Source: an uncultured Gammaproteobacteria bacterium
GTDB taxonomy: Bacteria; Patescibacteriota; Patescibacteriia; UBA9934; GWF2-40-263
Assembly (NCBI GenBank): GCA_964373605.1
Contig: CAYJVQ010000002.1
Location: 1 to 25,202 of the forward strand
DNA length: 25,202 nucleotides
Direction of reading: 5' to 3'
Shown here: one piece after another, positions 17,887 through 25,171 of the stretch
Position numbering within the stretch: position 1 is the first letter of the stretch
Layout of the letters: every line of letters begins with the position of its first letter
Made by a program: the position numbers and the translations under genes
The notes under the pieces: generated by a model
Seen by the model: only the letters and a program-made list of their open reading frames with translations
Databases searched by the model: none
What the model was told of the DNA's origin: nothing

Positions 17887-18543
17887 ATGAACAATCGTTG
17901 GCTCGCATTTCTCCTGATTGGATTTTTCACGCTCATCACCTTTCTTTTTTATTGGCTCACCATTAAACCCATTGACCTCACCGTGCCTGCGAGCCACTTA
18001 AACCCTGTCACCGTGACAGAGCCGACCGTCACTTTTATCAACCCATCCAAAGGCGCGCAAAACCCTCGATTGACTCTTGTCGAGTTTGCGGATTTTCAGT
18101 GCAAATACTGCCAAAGCATCCAAATCGCTCTGGAGGCCGCGCTACGCGCATTTCCAAATGACATTCGACTCGTTTGGAAAAATCTTCCAAATCCATCCGC
18201 GCAACCGGAATCCATTCCCGCGGCGATCGCGGCTCATTGTGCGAACAGACAGGGAAAATTCTGGGAGTTTCATGATTTGCTTTTTGCTCGACAGGATGTT
18301 CTTTCTCCGGAGATTTATTCCCAGATCGCCAATGAACTGAAATTGGACGTTAAGCGATTTTCCGCTTGTTTTGAAGCGCAAGACACCATGGCTATCATTC
18401 AAAAAGATACGGATGAAGGCCTCGCGCTCGGTCTTGTCGCCACTCCCACTTTGTTCATTGGTTCCCAAAAAATCGTCGGTTTGATCACCGCAGAAGAACT
18501 TATTGGTGTCATTCAAACCGAACTTCAAAAAATGGACTTATGA
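17887..18543 (+). CDS. dsbA: DsbA/BdbD-like thiol-disulfide oxidoreductase with N-terminal membrane anchor
   Basis: LVEFADFQCKYC (CxxC), LVWKNLP, AAHCANRQGKFWEFHD, cis-Pro loop GLVATPTLFIG. Confidence 0.88.
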   Translation: MNNRWLAFLLIGFFTLITFLFYWLTIKPIDLTVPASHLNPVTVTEPTVTFINPSKGAQNPRLTLVEFADFQCKYCQSIQIALEAALRAFPNDIRLVWKNLPNPSAQPESIPAAIAAHCANRQGKFWEFHDLLFARQDVLSPEIYSQIANELKLDVKRFSACFEAQDTMAIIQKDTDEGLALGLVATPTLFIGSQKIVGLITAEELIGVIQTELQKMDL

Positions 18544-19898
18544 AACACGGGGCGCTTATTTTTTTTGTCGTCATGACCTTTCTTTTCCCGATGCCTTCTT
18601 TGGCATCGCCTCTTTGCGCTTGTTATTTTGGGGAAAAAAATGATTGCGCGGCGGAAGCCGTCAACGAGGATGCAAAAGAGGTAAATTGCAAAGCCGCGTG
18701 CGAAACAAAATATAAAACACAACTCAACACCTATCAATACAATGAATCAGCCCTTTCAGCGACCATCTTGTTCAGCTGTACGCAAGCGCATCAATTTGCT
18801 CTGGAGGCCAAATCCAAAACAAATCCGGTCGTTCCAAAATTAAATGTCGAGATCCCGGGATTTGAATTTAGCCCCATCAAAGAATTCGGTGGCAATCTGC
18901 ACGTCAATTTTTTGGGAGAGTACATTGCGGGTGTGTACTCTTATCTCATCACCATTTCAACGGTCGCCGCCGTTATCTTGCTCATGGTCGGCGGCCTGCA
19001 ATGGTCCATGGGCGCCATGTCACCCGGCCAAATGGCAAAAGGGAAGGAACGGATTAAAAATGCGATCACGGGACTCGTATTGCTCATGAGCGTGGTGTTC
19101 ATTTTAAAGATGGTGAATCCTCGGCTCGTCACGTTTGATCCGCTGCAGCTAAGATTTATCGAGGAACTTGGACCGGCAGAAAAAGACGATCCTGGCGATG
19201 TGGCAGAGGAAGGAAGCTTAGCGGATGTGCCAAAACCGCTACAGGGACAGGGAGGAAAATTCTTTGATGGAGTGACCATATGCGGCTCCAAAAATGATTG
19301 TGTGAAGTGGTGTAAGGAAAATCAGAACGCAAATGAATGGCCGGACTATAACAAAAAAACAATTGACTTCTCCCTGACAAAATCCATTCCCTCTTCCCCA
19401 GGATTGGTAGGCCGCCAAGGTCACAGAGCAACGGATGAAATGATCACCGCACTGAAAAAAGCCGGACAAATTGCCGTTTCAAAAAATTCAAATTATCTCA
19501 TTAAGGCCGGTGGAGTTCGAACACTCAAACAACAGATCAAATTAGTGTGCGATAAAGTGAAAGAGGCAGAAGCCACGACCGATCCGGAAAAAGCTCAAAA
19601 AATCCTTAATAAAATCGGCAAGAGCGTCGCGTTCCCGGGAAACTCAAATCATGGCAATGGCGTCGCAACTGATGTCCAATTTTATGAAGGAACCAAACCG
19701 CTGATTGAACCGAGTTTTGCCACATCAAGCCAAAATGGACCGCAGTGGGAAAAAGGAGCTGAAGAGCTCGCAGACATTATGGCGGAAGCCGGATTCCTGC
19801 GATTAAACTCTGAAGTCTGGCATTTCGAACTCGAAGGAAAAGCAGGAACGAACAACCGTTGTAAAGGATCGGCTCAATGTCCTTTCCCGGTAAAATGA
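18540..19898 (+). CDS. VirB2/TrbC-like pilin fused to a C-terminal M15 (VanY-like) Zn peptidoglycan peptidase
   Basis: Signal peptide (aa 1-22), Cys-rich domain, two-TM pilin-like hairpin at aa ~124-199 (GGLQW...AKGKERIKNAITGLVLL...VNP), then GVRT..QQ (R327), PGNSNHGNGVATD (H371, D378) and EVWH (E425, H428). Confidence 0.82.
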   Translation: MKHGALIFFVVMTFLFPMPSLASPLCACYFGEKNDCAAEAVNEDAKEVNCKAACETKYKTQLNTYQYNESALSATILFSCTQAHQFALEAKSKTNPVVPKLNVEIPGFEFSPIKEFGGNLHVNFLGEYIAGVYSYLITISTVAAVILLMVGGLQWSMGAMSPGQMAKGKERIKNAITGLVLLMSVVFILKMVNPRLVTFDPLQLRFIEELGPAEKDDPGDVAEEGSLADVPKPLQGQGGKFFDGVTICGSKNDCVKWCKENQNANEWPDYNKKTIDFSLTKSIPSSPGLVGRQGHRATDEMITALKKAGQIAVSKNSNYLIKAGGVRTLKQQIKLVCDKVKEAEATTDPEKAQKILNKIGKSVAFPGNSNHGNGVATDVQFYEGTKPLIEPSFATSSQNGPQWEKGAEELADIMAEAGFLRLNSEVWHFELEGKAGTNNRCKGSAQCPFPVK

Positions 19899-21214
19899 AC
19901 ATTCTGAATCCACTGAGACCGTTGAAAATTGACGCTATGTATAGTTGCTCTAAATGCGATGCCCAATCAACCAAATGGTCCGGTCGTTGTTTTGAGTGTC
20001 AGACTTGGGGAACGCTTGTTGAAGAGACCGGAACAACGCAGGTAAAAAATTCATCGCAAGCAACAAAGACTCTCAAGCCGACGCGACTGACGGAAATGAC
20101 CGGCCAGAACGAGCACACACGTTTTGAAACCGGCGAACCGGAAATAGATCGCGTGCTTGGAGGAGGCATCGTCAAAGGATCTCTTGTGCTTCTCTCCGGC
20201 GAACCGGGAATAGGAAAATCCACACTGGTGGCGGATATCACAAAACGTTTTGCACAAAAAAATCTTTCCGTTTTATACATCTCCGGAGAAGAATCCGGCG
20301 CACAGCTCAAAACGCGTTTTGTGCGCCTCCAAACCAACCTCGATCGTATTTCGTTTTTGGAATCAGACGCCGTTGAGTCACTGGTGAAAACGATCGAAAA
20401 AGAAAAACCGGAGGTGGTGATCATTGATTCCGTTCAAACCATCGCGTCGGAACAATTGGATTCACTTTCCGGAAGCCCAACGCTTATCCGCTACGGAACT
20501 TCCCTCTTGCTTGAAACCGCCAAACGCACCGGAATTTCGATTCTGTTGATCGGACAGGTCACCAAAGACGGCGCCATTGCCGGACCAAAAACACTTGAAC
20601 ATTTGGTTGATGTTGTGCTGTCGTTGGACGGAGACACCACTCATCCCTATCGCTGGCTCTCTTGCACGAAAAATCGTTTTGGAGCAACGGACGAGATGGG
20701 TGTTTTTGAAATGACGTCAAGCGGCTTTTTGCCGGTTGAAAATCCATCCGCTCGATTTTTGGAAGAACGTGTGGCGGTGCCGGGCTCCGTGGTTGTCGCG
20801 ACGGCCGAAGGCACGCGTGTGTTTCTGGTGGAAGTGCAGGCGCTGGTTGAGAAGTCCACCTATTCCACTCCTGTCCGTCGCGCATCCGGTTTCGATCCAA
20901 ACCGTCTTCAAATGCTGATCGCCATTCTTTCCAAACGAGCAAACCTGAAACTCGGTGAACAAGATGTGTATCTCAATGTGATCGGTGGAATGAAACTGGA
21001 TGAACCTGCCGCGGATTTGGCGGTTTGTGCCGCAATCGTGAGTGCGTCAAAAAACATCACACACGAACAGCCCACCGTTTTTTTTGGAGAAGTGGGATTG
21101 GGTGGAGAAGTTCGACGAGTGCCAATGAGCGAAAAACGAATGAATGAATGCAGGCGTCTGGGGATCGAAACGATTCTCGGACCACATTCGATAAAAACAG
21201 TGCACGATCTCTAG
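19895..21214 (+). CDS. radA: DNA repair protein RadA/Sms
   Basis: Zn finger CSKC...WSGRCFEC, Walker A GEPGIGKST, IIDSVQT, KNRFG motif, Lon-like C-terminal domain (GEVGLGGEVR). Start is either 19895 (ATGA overlap with the upstream stop) or 19937. Confidence 0.96.
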   Translation: MNILNPLRPLKIDAMYSCSKCDAQSTKWSGRCFECQTWGTLVEETGTTQVKNSSQATKTLKPTRLTEMTGQNEHTRFETGEPEIDRVLGGGIVKGSLVLLSGEPGIGKSTLVADITKRFAQKNLSVLYISGEESGAQLKTRFVRLQTNLDRISFLESDAVESLVKTIEKEKPEVVIIDSVQTIASEQLDSLSGSPTLIRYGTSLLLETAKRTGISILLIGQVTKDGAIAGPKTLEHLVDVVLSLDGDTTHPYRWLSCTKNRFGATDEMGVFEMTSSGFLPVENPSARFLEERVAVPGSVVVATAEGTRVFLVEVQALVEKSTYSTPVRRASGFDPNRLQMLIAILSKRANLKLGEQDVYLNVIGGMKLDEPAADLAVCAAIVSASKNITHEQPTVFFGEVGLGGEVRRVPMSEKRMNECRRLGIETILGPHSIKTVHDL

Positions 21215-21234
21215 GCGGGGTGAAGGCGGGGTCC

Positions 21235-21274
21235 GTCGTCACCGGAAATCCGTTACCGGGTTACGGATGACGAC
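21235..21274. terminator. Hairpin at the convergent radA/recG junction (possible bidirectional terminator)
   Basis: GTCGTCA (21235-21241)/TGACGAC (21268-21274) outer stem and TCCGT (21249-21253)/ACGGA (21263-21267) inner stem. No U-tract on either side. Confidence 0.35.
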
Positions 21275-21296
21275 AGATGACAGAGGCCTTACCCCT

Positions 21297-23348
21297 CTAC
21301 TCTAAATGTACGGCCTCAAACAATGCGGCGATCTGCTCCCCAAGTCGCGGATGGGCTTCCAAAAACGGATCTTGTTCAAGAAGACTCGTGGCGTGCTTGT
21401 TGGCTTGTTTCATCAGATCAACATCCGCCTCTGTGGCAAGTTTGAAATCCGGAAATCCGGACTGTGCCGTTCCAAACACGTTCCCTGATCCGCGCAGATG
21501 CAAGTCTTTCTCCGCAAGTTCGAATCCATCTTGAATCCGCTCGAGCAATCGCAGACGTTCAATCGCGGACGTCTGTGCTTGATCCGGCAGGACATAACAA
21601 TAAGACGAGATGGACGAACGCCCGACGCGGCCGCGCAATTGGTGAAGTTGCGCCAGCCCGAATCGCTCTGCGCCCATAATGACGATGACCGTTGCATTGG
21701 GCACATCCATCCCCACTTCAACGACGGTGGTGGAAACCAGTACATCAATCTGTTTTTCTCTGAAACCAGAAAGAGTGGATTGCTTTTCATCTGATTTCAT
21801 CTTCCCGTGCAACATGGCCATTTTCAACCCTTTGAGGACATCCTTTTTTAACCATTCAAAAACTTCTTTCACAGATTTGGCGCCGAGAGTATCGGAAGGA
21901 TCGATCAGCGGGCACACAACGTAAACTTGTCTTCCTTTTTGAATTTCAGCTTTGACATGTTGCCACATACCTGCACGCTCTCTGTTGAGCACAACCGCCG
22001 TGCAAACGGGTTGACGTCCTTTTGGGAGTTGTCGAATCGATGAAACGTCCAAATCGCCAAAAATCGTCAGCGCGAGCGAACGCGGAATCGGAGTCGCGGT
22101 CATGGAGAGCAGATGCGGGGAAAGGGCGCCTGAACGTTTGAGCAGTGCGTGTCGCTGTGCAACGCCGAACCGGTGTTGTTCATCGATAATCACCAGATTC
22201 ATGTGAGAAAGATTTACCGTTTCCTCAAGAAGCGCGTGCGTGCCGATCACACAGCAAATTTTGCTTGAGGCGATCTGTTCAATCAGTTTTTCTTTTTTTA
22301 TATCGTCCTGGCCAATCCGTTTTTGACTGCGCGTAAATAAACCGATCGCCTCATCCGGAAACCAAGTTGAAAAAACCGCGTGTTGTTGAACACAAAGAAT
22401 TTCCGTTGGCGCAAGATAGACGACGAGTCGATTTTGTGCAAGCGCGCTTGCGGTCGCAATGGCGGCCACAACCGTTTTTCCGGATCCGACATCCCCTTGA
22501 AGCAGACGATTCATCGGATGGGTTTTTGCGAGATCTTGAACGATCTCCCATGCCGCTCGGCGTTGCGCAGGCGTGAGCGTGAAAGGTAAAGAGTCAACAA
22601 ATGTTTTCAAACGAACCTGATTCAACGGAATGGGATGCGCGTGGGAAACGAAACGCTCGCGGCGCACATGCGCAAACATGAGTTGATGCAAAAACAGTTC
22701 ATCAAATTTCAACCGACGGATCGCGGAAGAAAGTTCCGCTTGTGTGTTTGGATGATGAATGAAACGAATGGCTGAAACCAAATCCGGCAAGTCTTCCGCT
22801 TTTCTGATGGTGTCCGGAAGCCAATCAACCAATTCATGATCGGAAGAAACAGCCTGGGAGATCGCACGGCGAATTCGATGCTGTTTGAGGGATCCGGAAA
22901 GTCGATACACCGGAACAAGACGACCCGTCAGCACATGGCGGCCCGCCGGTTCCTGTATCGGGTTGACCATGGCACGACGAAAACGAACATCTACGCTTCC
23001 CGCGAGCGCGAGTTCCGTACCGGGACGAATCGTTTGCGTGAGATATTCCTGATTGAACCAAACAATGGGAAGAGTTCCTGTCTCGTCTTCCAAAACCGCC
23101 TCCACAATTTTCAGGTGACGATTTTTTGCAGGACGCGATTTGATGGATTGAATCCTTCCTATCACGGTGAAGGTTTCTCCCGGCTTGATAAAACGAATCT
23201 TCTTTATCTGCGAAAAATCATCGTAACGAAATGGAACGACAAAAAGTAAATCGCGTACAGACACGATTCCCATATTTTTCAAATCCTTTACTGCCGTCGG
23301 TCCGATCCCGAACAGTTCGCCGACCGATGAAGACAAATGCAAGGCCAT
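21297..23348 (-). CDS. recG: ATP-dependent DNA helicase RecG
   Basis: GIGP N-terminus, wedge OB domain (VWFNQEYL), RRLKFDELF, LPFTLT.AQ, RLLQGDVGSGKT, DEQH, SMTATPIPRSL, QLHQLRGRVGR, DLHLRGSG. Confidence 0.97.
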   Translation of the reverse strand: MALHLSSSVGELFGIGPTAVKDLKNMGIVSVRDLLFVVPFRYDDFSQIKKIRFIKPGETFTVIGRIQSIKSRPAKNRHLKIVEAVLEDETGTLPIVWFNQEYLTQTIRPGTELALAGSVDVRFRRAMVNPIQEPAGRHVLTGRLVPVYRLSGSLKQHRIRRAISQAVSSDHELVDWLPDTIRKAEDLPDLVSAIRFIHHPNTQAELSSAIRRLKFDELFLHQLMFAHVRRERFVSHAHPIPLNQVRLKTFVDSLPFTLTPAQRRAAWEIVQDLAKTHPMNRLLQGDVGSGKTVVAAIATASALAQNRLVVYLAPTEILCVQQHAVFSTWFPDEAIGLFTRSQKRIGQDDIKKEKLIEQIASSKICCVIGTHALLEETVNLSHMNLVIIDEQHRFGVAQRHALLKRSGALSPHLLSMTATPIPRSLALTIFGDLDVSSIRQLPKGRQPVCTAVVLNRERAGMWQHVKAEIQKGRQVYVVCPLIDPSDTLGAKSVKEVFEWLKKDVLKGLKMAMLHGKMKSDEKQSTLSGFREKQIDVLVSTTVVEVGMDVPNATVIVIMGAERFGLAQLHQLRGRVGRSSISSYCYVLPDQAQTSAIERLRLLERIQDGFELAEKDLHLRGSGNVFGTAQSGFPDFKLATEADVDLMKQANKHATSLLEQDPFLEAHPRLGEQIAALFEAVHLE

Positions 23349-23357
23349 GGAAACGTA

Positions 23358-24296
23358 TCAGTTTGTTCTTCCTTGTCCGCGATCGTGGTAGGGGGCTTGA
23401 TTTGTTGACGTTGAATTTGCCGGCGCCACAATCGTCGTGGGTCGTTCGATGGCTTTTACGGCAAGCGCTTGCGCTTTCTCATTCGCTTCCTGGGCTTGTT
23501 GTTTGAGCGAATCGAATTGCTGATCTTGCGCATTAAGACGATCTTGCAGATTTTTGACTGTCAACTCCAATAAACGAATTTGCGCGCTTGTCTCTTTTTC
23601 CATGAGCGCTTTCTCATGAGCGAATTGTTGTGAAATTCGTGCGATCACATCCTTCTCACATTGTTCACGACCCAGTTCTAACTCCTTTGGATGCTGTTCG
23701 ATTTTTAGTTTCATCTGCACAAACTCCTGCTCTTGCGTACGAATCATCGCTTCGCGCTCTGATAACATTTTTTCTCGTTCTGCCGTTTCCACCTGATCGC
23801 GTTCTTGTTTTAATTTTTGTTGATAAACATATTCCTCCGCTTCCCGTTCCCACGTTTTTTTTCGCGTAGCGATCTGTTCATCCAAATCATGCTTGCGTTT
23901 TTCTGCTTCCAACTCAAATGCCAATGCACGTTTTGTTTGATCCTCCACAAGGAGATCAAGTGTGTCAGCGGCAACGGTAATATGCCGTTGCAATTCAAGC
24001 TGTTGGCGTGAAAGATCAATCGCTTTTTGGACATCTTGAAGCGTCGTGGTTTGATCGAGTAAAGATGTTCTCATTTCCATGAGATGTGTTTGAAGAGATG
24101 ACTGAAATTCGCCAAATGATTTGTCTATTGTTTGTGGCGTTTTCGCCTTGGCTTTTTCAATCAATTCCATCGCAGGTTGACTAAGCACGGTTTGTGAAAC
24201 CGCACGAAGATCTTCTAACTGTCCTTGAAGTCTTTCGTATTCATTAAGAATGTCTTGCTTTGTGCGTTTGGATAACGCGGAGATAGATTGGTTCAT
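23358..24296 (-). CDS. Uncharacterised long coiled-coil protein
   Basis: ~312 aa from ATG 24296. E/Q/K/L-rich and helical throughout, no TM, motifs TKQDILNEY and WEREAEEYVY. Start chosen because it lies downstream of a promoter. Confidence 0.8.
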   Translation of the reverse strand: MNQSISALSKRTKQDILNEYERLQGQLEDLRAVSQTVLSQPAMELIEKAKAKTPQTIDKSFGEFQSSLQTHLMEMRTSLLDQTTTLQDVQKAIDLSRQQLELQRHITVAADTLDLLVEDQTKRALAFELEAEKRKHDLDEQIATRKKTWEREAEEYVYQQKLKQERDQVETAEREKMLSEREAMIRTQEQEFVQMKLKIEQHPKELELGREQCEKDVIARISQQFAHEKALMEKETSAQIRLLELTVKNLQDRLNAQDQQFDSLKQQAQEANEKAQALAVKAIERPTTIVAPANSTSTNQAPYHDRGQGRTN

Positions 24297-24304
24297 ATGA
24301 CGAG

Positions 24305-24332
24305 AGGTTAACATGATAGAAATGTTCGTCAA
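24305..24332 (-). promoter_or_regulatory. sigma70 promoter for the coiled-coil gene (and probably recG)
   Basis: Minus strand TTGACG (24332-24327), 16-nt spacer, TAACCT (24310-24305) with extended-10 TG-n. ATG follows after 8 nt. Confidence 0.5.
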
Positions 24333-24408
24333 GGGTGAGTTTTTGACACAATAAAAAGCCGCTATTTCAGGCCATTTTTTACTCCTCAATCACTTGCAAT
24401 TTCCTCAA

Positions 24409-24485
24409 TGGTGCACCCGGCAGGGCTCGAACCTGCGGCCTACAGCTCCGCAAGCTGTCGCTCTATCCAACTGAGCTACGGGTGC
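24409..24485 (-). tRNA. tRNA-Arg(GCG)
   Basis: 77 nt: GCACCCG TA GCTC AGTTGGATA GAGC G ACAGC TT-GCG-GA GCTGT AGGCC GCAGG TTCGAGC CCTGC CGGGTGC A CCA. Full cloverleaf, A20 Arg identity element, encoded CCA. Confidence 0.96.
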
Positions 24486-24502
24486 ATACGATCACAAAAA
24501 CT

Positions 24503-25015
24503 TCACAGTTTATACATCCGACGAGCAACATCTGTCAATCGTTCTTCGTTGCGGGAAAAATTTTCCGCGCAAAAGGGACGAAGCGCATCGCGAACTTCGT
24601 TTGGATCCATCTGCTCAAGCGGAACCGCAAGAAGCGGCTGAAACTGACTAAAAAAATCCAAATACAAAATACTCGTCGCGGGCGGATCATAGACAATGGA
24701 AAAATCCCGAACCGCTTCATAATCATAATAGGTGTCATCGACAAGAATGCCTGTGGTGGTAATAAAAACCGGAACTCGATCCGGCTTCTTAAACGTCGAA
24801 AGCAACATAATCACACCGGTCATCAAAATGATGACCGCAAACAAAAAATTCGCTGTTGCAATCGCATAAACAATGAGCGATACACCAAGCACAACCGCAA
24901 GGATATACCAAGTTCGAGATCGCTCATGTTGCAGATACTCATCGACTTCCCATTCCAAAAGCGATTCGCCGATATCCATTTCCTGAATTTCTCTTTCCTC
25001 AAAAGTCTCTTCCAT
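24503..25015 (-). CDS. Hypothetical membrane protein (two TM helices plus small soluble domain)
   Basis: ~170 aa from ATG 25015. LLEWEVDEY..HERSRTWY, then hydrophobic ILAVVLGVSLIVYAIATANFLFAVIILMTGVIMLL and an acidic C-terminal domain. The pattern resembles conserved CPR hypothetical proteins (from memory). Confidence 0.8.
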   Translation of the reverse strand: MEETFEEREIQEMDIGESLLEWEVDEYLQHERSRTWYILAVVLGVSLIVYAIATANFLFAVIILMTGVIMLLSTFKKPDRVPVFITTTGILVDDTYYDYEAVRDFSIVYDPPATSILYLDFFSQFQPLLAVPLEQMDPNEVRDALRPFCAENFSRNEERLTDVARRMYKL

Positions 25016-25038
25016 ATAAAACAAGTCTACCAGAACGC

Positions 25039-25067
25039 TTGCCTTTTTTCCAGAAATCTCGTATTCT
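25039..25067 (+). promoter_or_regulatory. sigma70 promoter for tRNA-Ser
   Basis: TTGCCT (25039-25044), 17-nt spacer, TATTCT (25062-25067). The tRNA starts 10 nt later. Confidence 0.65.
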
Positions 25068-25077
25068 ACTCTCGTTT

Positions 25078-25171
25078 GGAGAGGTACCCAAGAGGCTGAA
25101 GGGGCGGGTTTGCTAAACCTGTAGGTCGGGGTTTACTCGGCGCGGGGGTTCGAATCCCCCCCTCTCCGCCA
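25078..25171 (+). tRNA. tRNA-Ser(GCT)
   Basis: 94 nt: GGAGAGG acceptor pairing with CCTCTCC, anticodon arm CGGGT TT-GCT-AA ACCTG, long variable arm, GGGGG TTCGAAT CCCCC T-arm, G73 and encoded CCA. Confidence 0.96.

Noticed and set aside
24328-24347. GTCAA-N10-TTGAC inverted repeat as an operator, or plus-strand TTGACA promoter at 24343
   Set aside because: Only 5-bp arms, explained by the -35 motif. No -10 at a suitable spacing on the plus strand.
24355-24380. Possible terminator after tRNA-Arg (GCC-N9-GGC-TTTTT on the minus strand)
   Set aside because: The stem is only 3-4 bp; too weak to support.
24389-24430. Genomic island or prophage integrated at the tRNA-Arg 3' end
   Set aside because: No duplicated tRNA 3' segment, integrase or phage genes were seen, and recG follows within about 1 kb.
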